Assembly: GCA_002432025.1 (NCBI GenBank)
Contig: DJFE01000015.1
Coordinates: forward strand, 17,718 to 81,717
Length of the DNA: 64,000 nucleotides
Reading direction: 5' to 3'
DNA from: Candidatus Avelusimicrobium stercoris
GTDB lineage: Bacteria > Elusimicrobiota > Elusimicrobia > Elusimicrobiales > Elusimicrobiaceae
Positions 1-9,890 of the stretch are shown here, in pieces. The position numbers and the translations under genes are program-made. Every line of letters begins with the position of its first letter. Within the stretch, counting starts at the first letter, position 1. The notes beneath the pieces are model-generated. The model did not search any database and was not told the origin of the DNA. It was given only the letters and a program-made list of their open reading frames with translations.

Positions 1-1480
1 AGCCGAAATCCGTAGAGCCCAAGAAGGTATGCGTCTGCATATTTAACTGGGTGCCAATGCGGCCCACCCAGGCGTCCTTGCCGTCCTTATATTGACTGTC
101 AGCAAAGGTAACGGTTTGGTCGTAAAACACCTGCGGCGTAAACGTCAGCCCGCGGGAAAGGCGCAGGGCCTTTTCCGTCGTCCACTTGGCGTGGGCTTGG
201 CGTTGGTAGGGGCCTTCCTCGTTGGGAATACCGTTTTTATATTGCAAAGTGGAGGTGTTGTTAAAATCCACTTCCAAGTGGTGCGCGGCCTTTAACAAGG
301 GGTCGTTAAACGGCAGCAGCGCGTATTTGATTTCCGGCAGGACGCGCTTTTCCGCCATAAACTCTTTTTTGTACAAGTAATCAAAAATATCCTTTTGCTG
401 GTAACTTACGCGCAGGGTAGAGCGGCGGGTTTGGCGCGCCAAAGAGAAGTTGGTTTCCTGGTCCGGCATAAAAATATACGGGTTGCCGCGGAAGAAGGTG
501 TCATAAAAATACGGGTCGGACACCATACGGAATTGCGTTTGAAACTGGTACAGCGCGCCGGTGGGGTTATTGAAATGGTCGGAGGAGTCGTACATTTCCC
601 ACCAGTAGCCGCCTTGCACGCCCCAGCGTTTCGTGCTGGCGAGGTCTATTTCGTCGTTATCGGCTTTGTCATTAATGTAATACACTTCGCCGCTTCCGCG
701 TAACGTGTCGGATTGTACGGCGGTCAGTTCTCCGCCAAAGCCGAACGAGGATTTGGTATAGTAGTCCAAATTCAGTTTAGGGCGCAGTTGCAAAAAGGGC
801 TGGAAGACGGTGGACGTCATAATACCAAAGCCCGTTTTGTTGCTTTGGGTAAATTCTACATAAGTGGTCCACGGTTTTTGGGAATCCAGCGAGCGCCAAA
901 ATACGGGCAGATAAAACACGGGAAATCCGTCCAAGCGCAATACAGCGTTGGTGCCGAACACGCGCTTTTGCGGCGAAACGGTCAACTTGCCGACGGAAAG
1001 CGTATAGTGCGGGTCGGCTTTATCACAGCAGGTTACGGTGGCCCCGCGCAGGGTCTGCTTGCCGTTTTGCGAGGACATTTCCTTGGCGGATAAAATGCGC
1101 AGAGGGGGATATTCGGTGGAAATATTTTCCGCCGTAAAATCTTTTGTGGTGTAATTGACGGAAATATTATTCCCTTCCAATACGCCGCCCAATCCGTCCT
1201 CCACCTTCATCGGCCCGATGGACGTAATTTGCGTGTTGGCTTGGTCCAGCGAAATATTTTCGCCCGTTACGGTGCGTTTTTTGCCGTCTTGGGTTTTTTG
1301 GATGACGGTTACGTTGCCCGAAAGATTTACTTTTTTGTCATTGGGTTCTACGGTGGCTTTGTCCGCCGTGAAATAGACAAAGGCGTCGCTGTCGGGCGCG
1401 GGCAAAACATTGTCCGAGCCCCACCCGGGCACGGCGAAACACAAACAAGCCAGCAAGAACAAAGGAGAAAAGCGTTTCAT
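1..1480 (-). CDS. lptD: LPS-assembly outer membrane protein LptD/OstA-like (runs off the left edge)
   Basis: Translated by hand from ATG at 1480, which overlaps the ROK gene stop (ATGA). Signal peptide MKRFSPLFLLACLCFAVPGWG, OstA-like N-domain (FTADKATV..VNLSGNVTV), TCC..PHY, and 'NAVLRLDGFPVFYLP', typical of LptD. Absent from the ORF track, presumably because no stop lies in the window. Confidence 0.75.
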   Translation of the reverse strand, partial: MKRFSPLFLLACLCFAVPGWGSDNVLPAPDSDAFVYFTADKATVEPNDKKVNLSGNVTVIQKTQDGKKRTVTGENISLDQANTQITSIGPMKVEDGLGGVLEGNNISVNYTTKDFTAENISTEYPPLRILSAKEMSSQNGKQTLRGATVTCCDKADPHYTLSVGKLTVSPQKRVFGTNAVLRLDGFPVFYLPVFWRSLDSQKPWTTYVEFTQSNKTGFGIMTSTVFQPFLQLRPKLNLDYYTKSSFGFGGELTAVQSDTLRGSGEVYYINDKADNDEIDLASTKRWGVQGGYWWEMYDSSDHFNNPTGALYQFQTQFRMVSDPYFYDTFFRGNPYIFMPDQETNFSLARQTRRSTLRVSYQQKDIFDYLYKKEFMAEKRVLPEIKYALLPFNDPLLKAAHHLEVDFNNTSTLQYKNGIPNEEGPYQRQAHAKWTTEKALRLSRGLTFTPQVFYDQTVTFADSQYKDGKDAWVGRIGTQLNMQTHTFLGSTDFG

Positions 1481-2448
1481 TGTAAATTTTCTTTTTGGGC
1501 GCGGTAAATGGCGTACATTGCCGCCCCTACTCCGCCGATGTTGGGGTTTTGCGAAACGAGCAGTTTCAAGCGTTTAAACGGCGTTTTGAACGGCTGGGCA
1601 TCCAATACGCGTTTGACGGCGGGCATAAAATATTTGGCTGCGCCGGACACGCCGCCCGTCAGCACAATGGTATCTACGTCTAGCACGAGCATAAAGTTGG
1701 CAAGGCCTACGCCTAGGTAATACCCAGTGTCTTCCCACACCTTTAAAGCGGCCTTGCAGCCTTTTTCGGCGGCGCGGGAGACGATTTCTATTTTAAAATC
1801 CGCTTCTGCTTTAACCATTTGGGCCAAAATGGAGTCGGGGTAGTCCACGATTGCATCATACACCCGGCGTTTAATGCCAATCGTGCCGACAAACGCTTCC
1901 AAACACCCACGCGCGCCGCACCCGCACAAGGGGCCAGTGGTTAAATCGGCAATTTTTGTGTGCCCGATTTCGCCCGCGGTACCGTTGGAGCCTTGGTAAA
2001 GTTCTTTATTGATAATCATCCCGCCGCCTACACCCGTGCCCAACGTAACTACGAGGACATTGGTGCCTTGGCGTTTTAAATCGGCTTCATATACGCCCCA
2101 AGCGGCCAAGGTGGCGTCGTTGGCGATAACGGGGCGGATACCCGTATGCTTAAACAGTTGTTCCGCCATTGGCCAGTCGGTAACGTCTTTAAATTTTAAG
2201 TTGGGGTTATAGCGCAGAACACCGTTTTGGTTGTCCACATCCCCCGGAGCGCCCACGGCCACGGCTACGCGCTGGTCGGCAAATTCCTTTTGGATAGCGT
2301 TGATAAAATCGCCGATTTGCGCAATAAAGCCCTTGGAACCCTTGGAATAATCCGTTTCAATTTTTTCTTTGCGGAAGATTTCCCCGTGTTCGTTCATTAC
2401 AAATAATTTAACAAAGGTTCCGCCGATATCTACGCCTACGCCAATCAT
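1477..2448 (-). CDS. ROK family sugar kinase (glucokinase-like)
   Basis: GVDIGGT, NDA, TLGTGVGGG, GEIGH and the CGCGARGCLE zinc motif; no N-terminal HTH. Confidence 0.9.
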   Translation of the reverse strand: MIGVGVDIGGTFVKLFVMNEHGEIFRKEKIETDYSKGSKGFIAQIGDFINAIQKEFADQRVAVAVGAPGDVDNQNGVLRYNPNLKFKDVTDWPMAEQLFKHTGIRPVIANDATLAAWGVYEADLKRQGTNVLVVTLGTGVGGGMIINKELYQGSNGTAGEIGHTKIADLTTGPLCGCGARGCLEAFVGTIGIKRRVYDAIVDYPDSILAQMVKAEADFKIEIVSRAAEKGCKAALKVWEDTGYYLGVGLANFMLVLDVDTIVLTGGVSGAAKYFMPAVKRVLDAQPFKTPFKRLKLLVSQNPNIGGVGAAMYAIYRAQKENLQ

Positions 2449-3332
2449 AAATTCTCCTTACTTTCCGGGTGAGCGTGGTTATACACGCTTTTTAATTTTT
2501 CAAGCGATACGTGGGTATAAACCTGCGTAGCCGCCAAACTTTTGTGTCCTAACATCTCTTGTAAACTTCTTAAATCACAGCCGTTATTTAGCAAATGGGT
2601 GGCAAACGAGTGCCGCAAACTGTGCGGGGTAACCTTGCGCGCCAAGTGCGAACGGATGGCCGTATTTTTAAAAATGTACGCCAAACCGTCCCCCGTCAGC
2701 GGTTTGCCGTTTTTGTTTAAAAAGAGCGCATCGTCCGGCTGGGGGTTCTTTCGCTGGGCCAAATAGATTTTTAAGGCGTTTAACGCTTCATCCGTTACAG
2801 GCACCAAACGCTCCTTAGACCCTTTACCAAACACTTTTACCAGACCGTTAAAATAGTCCACATCCTTTATGCGCAGGCCCGTTATCTCGCTGCGGCGCAG
2901 ACCGCTGGAATACATCAGTTCAAAAAGGGCCTTGTCCCGCGCGGCAAAATGCTTGCTGTGGGCGGCGGTGTCTAACAGCCGGTCCGTTTCCGCCACGGAT
3001 AAAAATTTGGGCAAAATCTTTTGCCGTTTAGGGGCGGGCAACAGTTTGAACGGGTTACGTTCCAACTTGTCCTCCGCCAGCAAAAACGCCGCAAAACTGC
3101 GCAAGGAAGCAATCTTGCGCAAAATAGTATTGCGCGCGGGATCCTCGTGCGTTTGCAGGGCGGCTAAAAAAGAACGGATATTGGCGGAAGTAAAATATTT
3201 TAAATCGTTTTGCTTCCGCGCCTTAAAAAAGGCCAAAAACTCCTGCAAGTCCGCGTGGTATGCACGGATAGTGTGGAACGAAAAATTTTTGTTTTCCAAG
3301 CGTTTTAAAAACGCGTTAATCCACTCTTCCAT
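2445..3332 (-). CDS. xerC: Tyrosine recombinase XerC
   Basis: GLRRSE, GKGSKER, HSLRHSFATH, LGH and QVYTH catalytic motifs; conserved dprA-topA-xerC context. Confidence 0.85.
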   Translation of the reverse strand: MEEWINAFLKRLENKNFSFHTIRAYHADLQEFLAFFKARKQNDLKYFTSANIRSFLAALQTHEDPARNTILRKIASLRSFAAFLLAEDKLERNPFKLLPAPKRQKILPKFLSVAETDRLLDTAAHSKHFAARDKALFELMYSSGLRRSEITGLRIKDVDYFNGLVKVFGKGSKERLVPVTDEALNALKIYLAQRKNPQPDDALFLNKNGKPLTGDGLAYIFKNTAIRSHLARKVTPHSLRHSFATHLLNNGCDLRSLQEMLGHKSLAATQVYTHVSLEKLKSVYNHAHPESKENL

Positions 3333-3345
3333 ATTTTGTTGCCCG

Positions 3346-5631
3346 TTATTTGGTTTGGGCCGTCTTGGCCGCGTGGGCGGCCTTAATCTGCGCGATTTCC
3401 TCGGGCGTTACCGTTACAATCGTTTTGCATTTGGGGTAACCAGAGCAGCCCAAAAATTCCCCGCGTTTAGAGGTGCGCAACACCATCGGTTTGCCGCATT
3501 TTTCGCAAAGGCGGTCCGTAACAATCGGGCCCGTGGAAGCCACCTTGTGCCCTTCGGCGTCCAAGGAATATGTATTCTTGCACTTGGGGTAAGCCGAGCA
3601 GGCCAAAAATTTGCCTCTTCTGCCGGTGCGGATTACCATCGGCGCCCCGCATTTGTCGCAGACTTCGTCGGTTTTTTCGGGCTGGACCTTTTCGCCGGAA
3701 CTCGTCAAATTGATTTTGCCCTTGCACTCCGGGTCGCTGCAAACGAGATACTCGCCGAAGCGGCTTCTCTTTTTGAGCATCATTTTGCCGCAAATCGGGC
3801 ATTTTTCGTCCGTTTCCTTGGCGGCGGGGCGTTGCATTCCCTTGTCTGCTTCGGCCAGTTCTTGCTTGAAATTGCCATAAAAGTCAGAGAGCAGATTGAC
3901 CCATTTTTGGCTGCCTTCGGCCACTTTATCTAATTGTTCCTCTACGCCTGCGGTATAGGAAAGGTCCATAATTTCCTTAAAGAAATCCTTTAAACTGTCC
4001 GTAACCGTAATGCCTAGGTCCGTGGCGACCAATTTGCTCGTTTTGGGTTGGCGCGCAATGTATTTGCGGTCCAAAATCGTTTTAATGGTCGGCGCATAAG
4101 TGGACGGACGGCCGATGCCGTGCTTTTCAAGCGTTTTAATCAAACTGGCTTCGTTATAGCACGGGGGCGGGGTGGTTTTGTGGTCCTTGGTTTTGATGTC
4201 TAACAGTTTCAGTTCGTCGCCCTCGGCAAGCACCGGCAGCAAAGCGCTGGCATTTGCGTCGTCGTTGGACGCGTCGTCATCCTGGTCCTTATAAATGGAT
4301 AAGTAGCCCGGAAATTTGACCGTGCGGCCGCTGGCGCGGAGCATACATTGTTTTTCCTCGCCCGAAGCAATATCAATAGAAACCGTATTGAAAACGGCGT
4401 CGGCCATTTGGCTGGCCACAAAGCGAAGCCAAATCAGTTCATACAGTTTGTACTGGTCGGCGGTTAAATAGGGTTTCATCGCCTGCGGCGTGCGGCGCAC
4501 GTCGGTGGGGTGGATAGCCTCGTGGGCTTCCTGCGCGCCCATTACTTTGCTTTTGTAAACAGGCTGTTTGGCGGGCACAAAGGCCGGGCCGTATTTCTCT
4601 CCGATGAACTTTTTGGTTTGCTCCTGCAACAGTTTGGATACATTGAAAGAGTCCGTTCTCATATAGGTAATAAGACCGATGGTCTGGCCGGAAATTTCAA
4701 TACCTTCGTAAAGGTGCTGGGCCGTCATCATCGTTTTTTGGGAAGGAAAGCCCAATTTGTTGTACGCATCCTGCTGCATAGAACTGGTAATAAAGGGCGG
4801 TTTCGGCTTTTGCTTTACTTCCTTCTTTTCCACCTTGGCTACTACATTGGGGCCCTTTCTTAACAGGTCCGAAAGCGGAGCCAGTTTTTCCGGCTTGTCA
4901 AAAACGGTGGTTTTAACTTTATAATCTTCGGCAAACAGTTTATACGTGGTGGTTTGCTCTACATTTTTGCCCTGCCATTTGGTTACACGCGCCCAAAAGG
5001 ATGGTGCGGCATTGGGTTTTTCAAACTGGGCGCCGATGGTCCAGTATTCCTGTTCTTTAAATTCGGCGATTTCCTTGGCCCGTTCGGCTAGCAACCGCAC
5101 GGCTACGGACTGCACGCGCCCCGCGGACAAGCCGGAGGTAATCTTCTTCCACAAGAGGGGGGATAATTTGTAGCCTACAATGCGGTCCAAAATGCGGCGC
5201 GCCTGCTGGGCGTTGACGAGATTGTCGTCAATTTTGCGGGCGTGCGCAAAGGATTCCTTAATGGCCGAGGGTGTAATTTCGTGAAAGAAGATACGCTGAT
5301 AGCGGTCTTTGGGGAGTTTTAACAGTTCTACCAAGTGCCACGCGATGGCTTCGCCCTCGCGGTCAGGGTCGGTAGCGAGGTAAATTTCGCTGGCGTTTTT
5401 GGCCGCGGCGGTCAGTTCGGCAATCAGCCGTTTGGCGCGCTCCACCGGTACATAAGTGGGATTGAAGCCGTGCTCAATATCTACACCGATATCCTTGGAA
5501 GGCAAATCGCGTACGTGCCCAAAGGAACTGCGCACAATAAAATCGTTTCCTAAAATTTTGCTGATGGTTTTCTGTTTTGTGGGAGACTCCACAATAACCA
5601 ATTTTTTACCTTTTACATTGGTGCTTGCCAT
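3346..5631 (-). CDS. topA: DNA topoisomerase I
   Basis: LVIVESP, ATDPDREGE, SAGRVQS, ITYMRTD, GIGRPST; C-terminal zinc ribbons. Confidence 0.97.
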   Translation of the reverse strand: MASTNVKGKKLVIVESPTKQKTISKILGNDFIVRSSFGHVRDLPSKDIGVDIEHGFNPTYVPVERAKRLIAELTAAAKNASEIYLATDPDREGEAIAWHLVELLKLPKDRYQRIFFHEITPSAIKESFAHARKIDDNLVNAQQARRILDRIVGYKLSPLLWKKITSGLSAGRVQSVAVRLLAERAKEIAEFKEQEYWTIGAQFEKPNAAPSFWARVTKWQGKNVEQTTTYKLFAEDYKVKTTVFDKPEKLAPLSDLLRKGPNVVAKVEKKEVKQKPKPPFITSSMQQDAYNKLGFPSQKTMMTAQHLYEGIEISGQTIGLITYMRTDSFNVSKLLQEQTKKFIGEKYGPAFVPAKQPVYKSKVMGAQEAHEAIHPTDVRRTPQAMKPYLTADQYKLYELIWLRFVASQMADAVFNTVSIDIASGEEKQCMLRASGRTVKFPGYLSIYKDQDDDASNDDANASALLPVLAEGDELKLLDIKTKDHKTTPPPCYNEASLIKTLEKHGIGRPSTYAPTIKTILDRKYIARQPKTSKLVATDLGITVTDSLKDFFKEIMDLSYTAGVEEQLDKVAEGSQKWVNLLSDFYGNFKQELAEADKGMQRPAAKETDEKCPICGKMMLKKRSRFGEYLVCSDPECKGKINLTSSGEKVQPEKTDEVCDKCGAPMVIRTGRRGKFLACSAYPKCKNTYSLDAEGHKVASTGPIVTDRLCEKCGKPMVLRTSKRGEFLGCSGYPKCKTIVTVTPEEIAQIKAAHAAKTAQTK

Positions 5632-5652
5632 AATTCACTTCCTTATAAAGTG

Positions 5653-6789
5653 TTAAAATTTGCTCTTGCTGTACAGGCCATTTTCGCAGGCCAAAAATCC
5701 TTTTACTTCCAAATCAAATAAAAGTGAGGCCGCTTCGGGCACGTCGGCGTTAATTGCCTCGGCTATCTGGTCCAAACTGGCCTGGCCGCCGCCTACGGCG
5801 GCCATTACTTCGCGCTGCCGGGGTGTCAATTCTTCCTCCGGCTTTTGGGGCGTGTCGTCCTTCTTTTCAAAGAAGCGGCTGTCCAACCCAAAGCGCAGTT
5901 GCTGTGGTATATAGTCTAGTATATCTACAACAGAGGTTACAACCCCTGCCCCGTCTTTTATTAGGTTATTTGGGCCGCCGGACTGCGGGCTGTCTATGGG
6001 GCCGGGTACGGCTAAAACGTCTTTTCCCATTTCCAGCGCGAGTTTGGCGGTAATCAGCGCGCCGGACTTTATTTCGCCCTCTACCACCACAACGGGCTGA
6101 GAGAGCGCGGCAATAATGCGGTTTCGGCGCGGAAAATGGAAGGCGTTTGGCGGACGGTTAAACGGCAGTTCGCTGATGACGGCCCCGCCGTGCTCCAAAA
6201 TGGCCTTTTCCAAGGTGCGGTTTTCGGGCGGATAACAACGCCCTACCCCGGTGCCGATAACGGCTACCGTCGGCTTTTTTAGGCGGACGGCCGCAGCGTG
6301 GCACTCGCTGTCCACCCCCCGGGCCAACCCGCTGACAACCGTTACCCCGCAGGCGGTCAAATCGCCCGCCAATTTAGCGGCGGCGCGGCGGCCGTAAGGG
6401 GTAATTTTGCGCGTGCCCACCATCCCCACGCAGGCCTGTGTGAGAGGGGGAAGTTTGCCCAGTACATAGATAACGACCGGGGCTTCCTTGATATTTTTTA
6501 AAGATTGCGGATATTCCTCGTCTTCCGGCAGATAAATGTGTCCGCCCAAGGCGGCGGTTTTATCCCACTCTTCTTGCGGGTCCAGCGCAAAGGCGGCCTG
6601 TAACAGGTGGGTGGCGGTGGATAGATTTAAATTGGCTTCTTTGGATAAGGTCTGCGCATCTTGGCGCAGGATTTCCTCGGCGGAGCCGAAGATTTCAATC
6701 AGCCGTTCCAGCCAATCGGCCCGGAAGAACAAAAAAGCGTTTAAGCGGATTCTTGCCAGCCGTTCGGCGGCGGAAACGGACGGATTCAT
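5653..6789 (-). CDS. dprA: DNA-processing protein DprA
   Basis: VGTR, VVSGLARGVD, FPRRNRII, SGALITA, C-terminal winged helix. Confidence 0.95.
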   Translation of the reverse strand: MNPSVSAAERLARIRLNAFLFFRADWLERLIEIFGSAEEILRQDAQTLSKEANLNLSTATHLLQAAFALDPQEEWDKTAALGGHIYLPEDEEYPQSLKNIKEAPVVIYVLGKLPPLTQACVGMVGTRKITPYGRRAAAKLAGDLTACGVTVVSGLARGVDSECHAAAVRLKKPTVAVIGTGVGRCYPPENRTLEKAILEHGGAVISELPFNRPPNAFHFPRRNRIIAALSQPVVVVEGEIKSGALITAKLALEMGKDVLAVPGPIDSPQSGGPNNLIKDGAGVVTSVVDILDYIPQQLRFGLDSRFFEKKDDTPQKPEEELTPRQREVMAAVGGGQASLDQIAEAINADVPEAASLLFDLEVKGFLACENGLYSKSKF

Positions 6790-6790
6790 A

Positions 6791-8329
6791 TTAAATGTCA
6801 GCCACTCCTTTGCGGTCTAACGGGCGGTATTGCATTACTTCCACCAAATGTTTGACTTCAATATTGTCTTTTCCGTCCAAGTCGGCAATAGTACGCGCGG
6901 TTTTTAAAATTTTATCCAAACTGCGGGCGCTTAATCCAAACTTGCGCATAGCGGTTTCCAAGATAGCATCCGCCCCGGCGGGAAGCGGGCAAAAGTCCTT
7001 AATTTCCTTAGGCGTCATAAACGCGTTGGCCGTGGTGGCGGAGTTAGCAAAGCGTTTGCGCTGGATTTCTCGCGCCTTTAACACGCGCTCACGGATTTGG
7101 GCCGAGGTTTCTCCCTCGCTCTTTTTATTCCAGTCGGAATATTTAACGGGGTTTAAATTAACGGTTAAATCAATGCGGTCCAATAGCGGGCCCGAAATGC
7201 GCGACTTATAGCGGTTTACCTGCATAGGCGAACAGGTGCAGGGCTTTATTGGGTCGCCCAAGTGTCCGCAGGGGCAGGGGTTCATTGCCGCAATTAACGT
7301 AAAGCGGGCTGGATAGGAAACAGTTTCTTTGGCGCGGGAAATGGTTACGCGGCCATTTTCCAGGGGTTCGCGCAATACCTCTAAGGACGAGCGGGAAAAT
7401 TCCGCAAATTCGTCCAAAAACAGCACGCCGTTGTGCGCCAAGGACACTTCGCCCGGGCGCGGCGTGGAGCCCCCGCCGATGAGGGCCACATCCGAAATGG
7501 TGTGGTGTGGGTCCCGGAACGGGCGGCGGGTCAACAGGCGGCTCTTGCCCATTAAGTTGCAAATGGAGTAAATTTTGGTAATTTCTAACGATTCTTCCTG
7601 CGTGAGTGGCGGCAAAATGCCCGGGAAGCGTTTGGCAAGCATACTTTTGCCCGTGCCCGGCAGACCAATCATCAGTACGTTGTGCCCGCCTGCGGCTGCA
7701 ATTTCCAAGGCGCGCTTGGCGAGGGCTTGGCCCTTTACTTCGCTGAAATCCAATTCTTGTACGGGGGCTTCTTCCTCTTGGGGCACATAGGCCAGTTTTA
7801 CGTCCTGCAAGGTCTGTTTGCCTTCCAAGTATTCGGCCAAGTCTTTTAGCGTGTGCGGCGTGATAAACGGCGCGCCGGACACTTGCCCTTCCAATACGTT
7901 TTGCGGGGGAATAACGGCGGTTTTGCCCAGTTTCTTGCAGGAAATGAGCATCGGCAGCACGCCTGCGCACGGGCGGAGCGAACCGTCCAAGGCCAGTTCG
8001 CCAAGTACCAGTAAATCCTTTATTTTGGCGGCGGCTTCGGGCGAAAGTTGCTCGCTGGCGGCTAAGATACCCAAGGCAATGGGCAAATCAAACTGCGTGC
8101 CGCTTTTGCGCAGTTCTGCGGGGCTTAAATTAACGGTAATGCGCTTGGTGGGGAAATCAAACCCGCTGTTGCGTACGGCGGCTACCACGCGCTCCTTGCT
8201 TTCGCGCACCTCGGCATCGGGCAGACCGACTACGGCCAAGGTAGGCATACCGGGCGCGATATCCACTTCCACGGATACCGCAAAGCCTTCTATCCCCTTA
8301 ATGGCTCCGGTGCATACATTGGCCAGCAT
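6791..8329 (-). CDS. comM: YifB/ComM Mg-chelatase-like AAA+ ATPase
   Basis: VGLPD..VRES, RITVNLSPA, GLPGTGKS, PGEVSLAHNGVLFLDE, AMNPCPCG. Confidence 0.93.
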   Translation of the reverse strand: MLANVCTGAIKGIEGFAVSVEVDIAPGMPTLAVVGLPDAEVRESKERVVAAVRNSGFDFPTKRITVNLSPAELRKSGTQFDLPIALGILAASEQLSPEAAAKIKDLLVLGELALDGSLRPCAGVLPMLISCKKLGKTAVIPPQNVLEGQVSGAPFITPHTLKDLAEYLEGKQTLQDVKLAYVPQEEEAPVQELDFSEVKGQALAKRALEIAAAGGHNVLMIGLPGTGKSMLAKRFPGILPPLTQEESLEITKIYSICNLMGKSRLLTRRPFRDPHHTISDVALIGGGSTPRPGEVSLAHNGVLFLDEFAEFSRSSLEVLREPLENGRVTISRAKETVSYPARFTLIAAMNPCPCGHLGDPIKPCTCSPMQVNRYKSRISGPLLDRIDLTVNLNPVKYSDWNKKSEGETSAQIRERVLKAREIQRKRFANSATTANAFMTPKEIKDFCPLPAGADAILETAMRKFGLSARSLDKILKTARTIADLDGKDNIEVKHLVEVMQYRPLDRKGVADI

Positions 8330-8331
8330 AA

Positions 8332-9438
8332 TCAGTTAAAACTCAACACGATGGCGTTAGGCGTAATGGTAACCACCGTAAAATTAATGTTATATTTGCG
8401 GATAATTTTGGCGGTTAATTCTTCCGGCGTGCCAATATTAGCCGAAACGTCAAACTGCGCCGCGGAATTGGCGTAGCGCACCAAGTTGTAGTCTTCAATT
8501 TCGCGCAGGTCCTTTAAAATATCCTGTACCTGTTTCAAGCGTTCAATATTGCCTACATCTTTGACGGTTAAACTAAACACCTTGGCGGAATTGATAGCCG
8601 AATTAATGGGTTCAACCAAGCGTTTGGCGGCGGCTTCGCACGCGGCGGAAATAGATTTTTGCGCTGCAATGTCGGCCAGCGGGTCCAAGCCGCTTAATTG
8701 GTCGGCACCTTCGGCCACGACGGCATAGTTATTGGTGGCAAAGGCTTTAATGGCCGCGCGGGCGCGGTACGATTTAAAGGGCGAAGCGGCCCCGGGCAAG
8801 GCGGCAATGGGGTTGGTTTCCACATCCGCCACAATCACAAAGCGCGCGCCTTCGGTGCGGGCCTTGTCAATGACCGAGTTGGGGTTTTCAATATTGTTTT
8901 GGCTCAAATTGTCGCCGTTGATTAAGGCAAAGGGCTGGCTCTTTAAGGCACGGTAAATGGCCTGTTTGCAGTCCTGTTTGAGGGATATATCCTCTCCCAC
9001 CATTTCGCGGGACGTAACCAAAATATTGGTTTTTTTGGCAAAAGCGTCGGCTTCGGACTGTTTTATAATATCGCCGATATCCTTTACCAGCACCATTGCT
9101 TTGATTTTGGTGTAATATTCATCGCCCTTGCGGTAGGATTTAGTAACGTGGCTGCGGCGGATGAATCCGGCCGTTTTGGAGACGATTTTATCCTCCACTA
9201 ATTGCGCTTGGTCCACGGTGGTAGCCGACGAAATAAATACGCCCGCCACCTTTTCCACAGCGGATTTTTGGGCGGCTAAAATGCCGTCCTTCTTCATTTG
9301 TCTTAAATTGTTTTCGTTATAAGGAACCAAGGATTCGGCTTCCACGTATTCGCCTTCGCCTTTCGGCCCGATACGAAGCGACCCGCACGCCGATACGACA
9401 AAAGTGCAGGCTAACAGCAGAAATAAAAGTTTCTTCAT
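8332..9438 (-). CDS. Lipoprotein with FlgT-N-terminal-like domain
   Basis: Lipobox VSAC; 'AQKSAVEKVAGVFISSATTV...IVSKTAGFI' resembles the FlgT N-domain by eye. Confidence 0.55.
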   Translation of the reverse strand: MKKLLFLLLACTFVVSACGSLRIGPKGEGEYVEAESLVPYNENNLRQMKKDGILAAQKSAVEKVAGVFISSATTVDQAQLVEDKIVSKTAGFIRRSHVTKSYRKGDEYYTKIKAMVLVKDIGDIIKQSEADAFAKKTNILVTSREMVGEDISLKQDCKQAIYRALKSQPFALINGDNLSQNNIENPNSVIDKARTEGARFVIVADVETNPIAALPGAASPFKSYRARAAIKAFATNNYAVVAEGADQLSGLDPLADIAAQKSISAACEAAAKRLVEPINSAINSAKVFSLTVKDVGNIERLKQVQDILKDLREIEDYNLVRYANSAAQFDVSANIGTPEELTAKIIRKYNINFTVVTITPNAIVLSFN

Positions 9439-9887
9439 TATTTTTTACCCTCCGGGTCCAGCCCTGCCGCTTTCAGGCGCGCCCTGTCCAGACGCATAAT
9501 GACGGTGCAACCGCCGTCCTCCATATATTCGGTGGAAATGAGTTCCATTTGGCGGATAACGCCCTCGGCGGAAGAATCAATCGTGCTGCCTACGGATACG
9601 GCGTCCACTACCTGCACATTGGATTCCAAATTGGCGCCGTACAATACTTCCGTGGCCCGTTGGTAAGCGTGGGCAATGGCGGCTTCGCGGCTCATAATGC
9701 GCCGCTGGGAATCGCTCGTGTGGTTGGGATTGGCGGCCCCAAATCCGCGCACCCACAGATAGTTGTTATCTAGCAGGGTGTCGTTAAAGGACGGGGCAAT
9801 CGCGCCGTCCTTGACGGCGGATTTCATTGTGCCCGCACAGGCGCACGCAAAAAGCGCGGCGGTGCAAAGCGCTAAAAGTTTCTTCAT
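9438..9887 (-). CDS. LPP20/FlgP-like lipoprotein
   Basis: Lipoprotein signal (LFACAC); 'WVRGFGAA...QRRIMSREAAIAHAYQRATEVLYG' fits the LPP20 pattern. Confidence 0.6.
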   Translation of the reverse strand: MKKLLALCTAALFACACAGTMKSAVKDGAIAPSFNDTLLDNNYLWVRGFGAANPNHTSDSQRRIMSREAAIAHAYQRATEVLYGANLESNVQVVDAVSVGSTIDSSAEGVIRQMELISTEYMEDGGCTVIMRLDRARLKAAGLDPEGKK

Positions 9888-9890
9888 AAG

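Noticed and set aside
2445..3332. Tyrosine recombinase as a mobile-element integrase
   Set aside because: Size, motifs and dprA-topA-xerC context fit chromosomal XerC; no att sites or cargo nearby.
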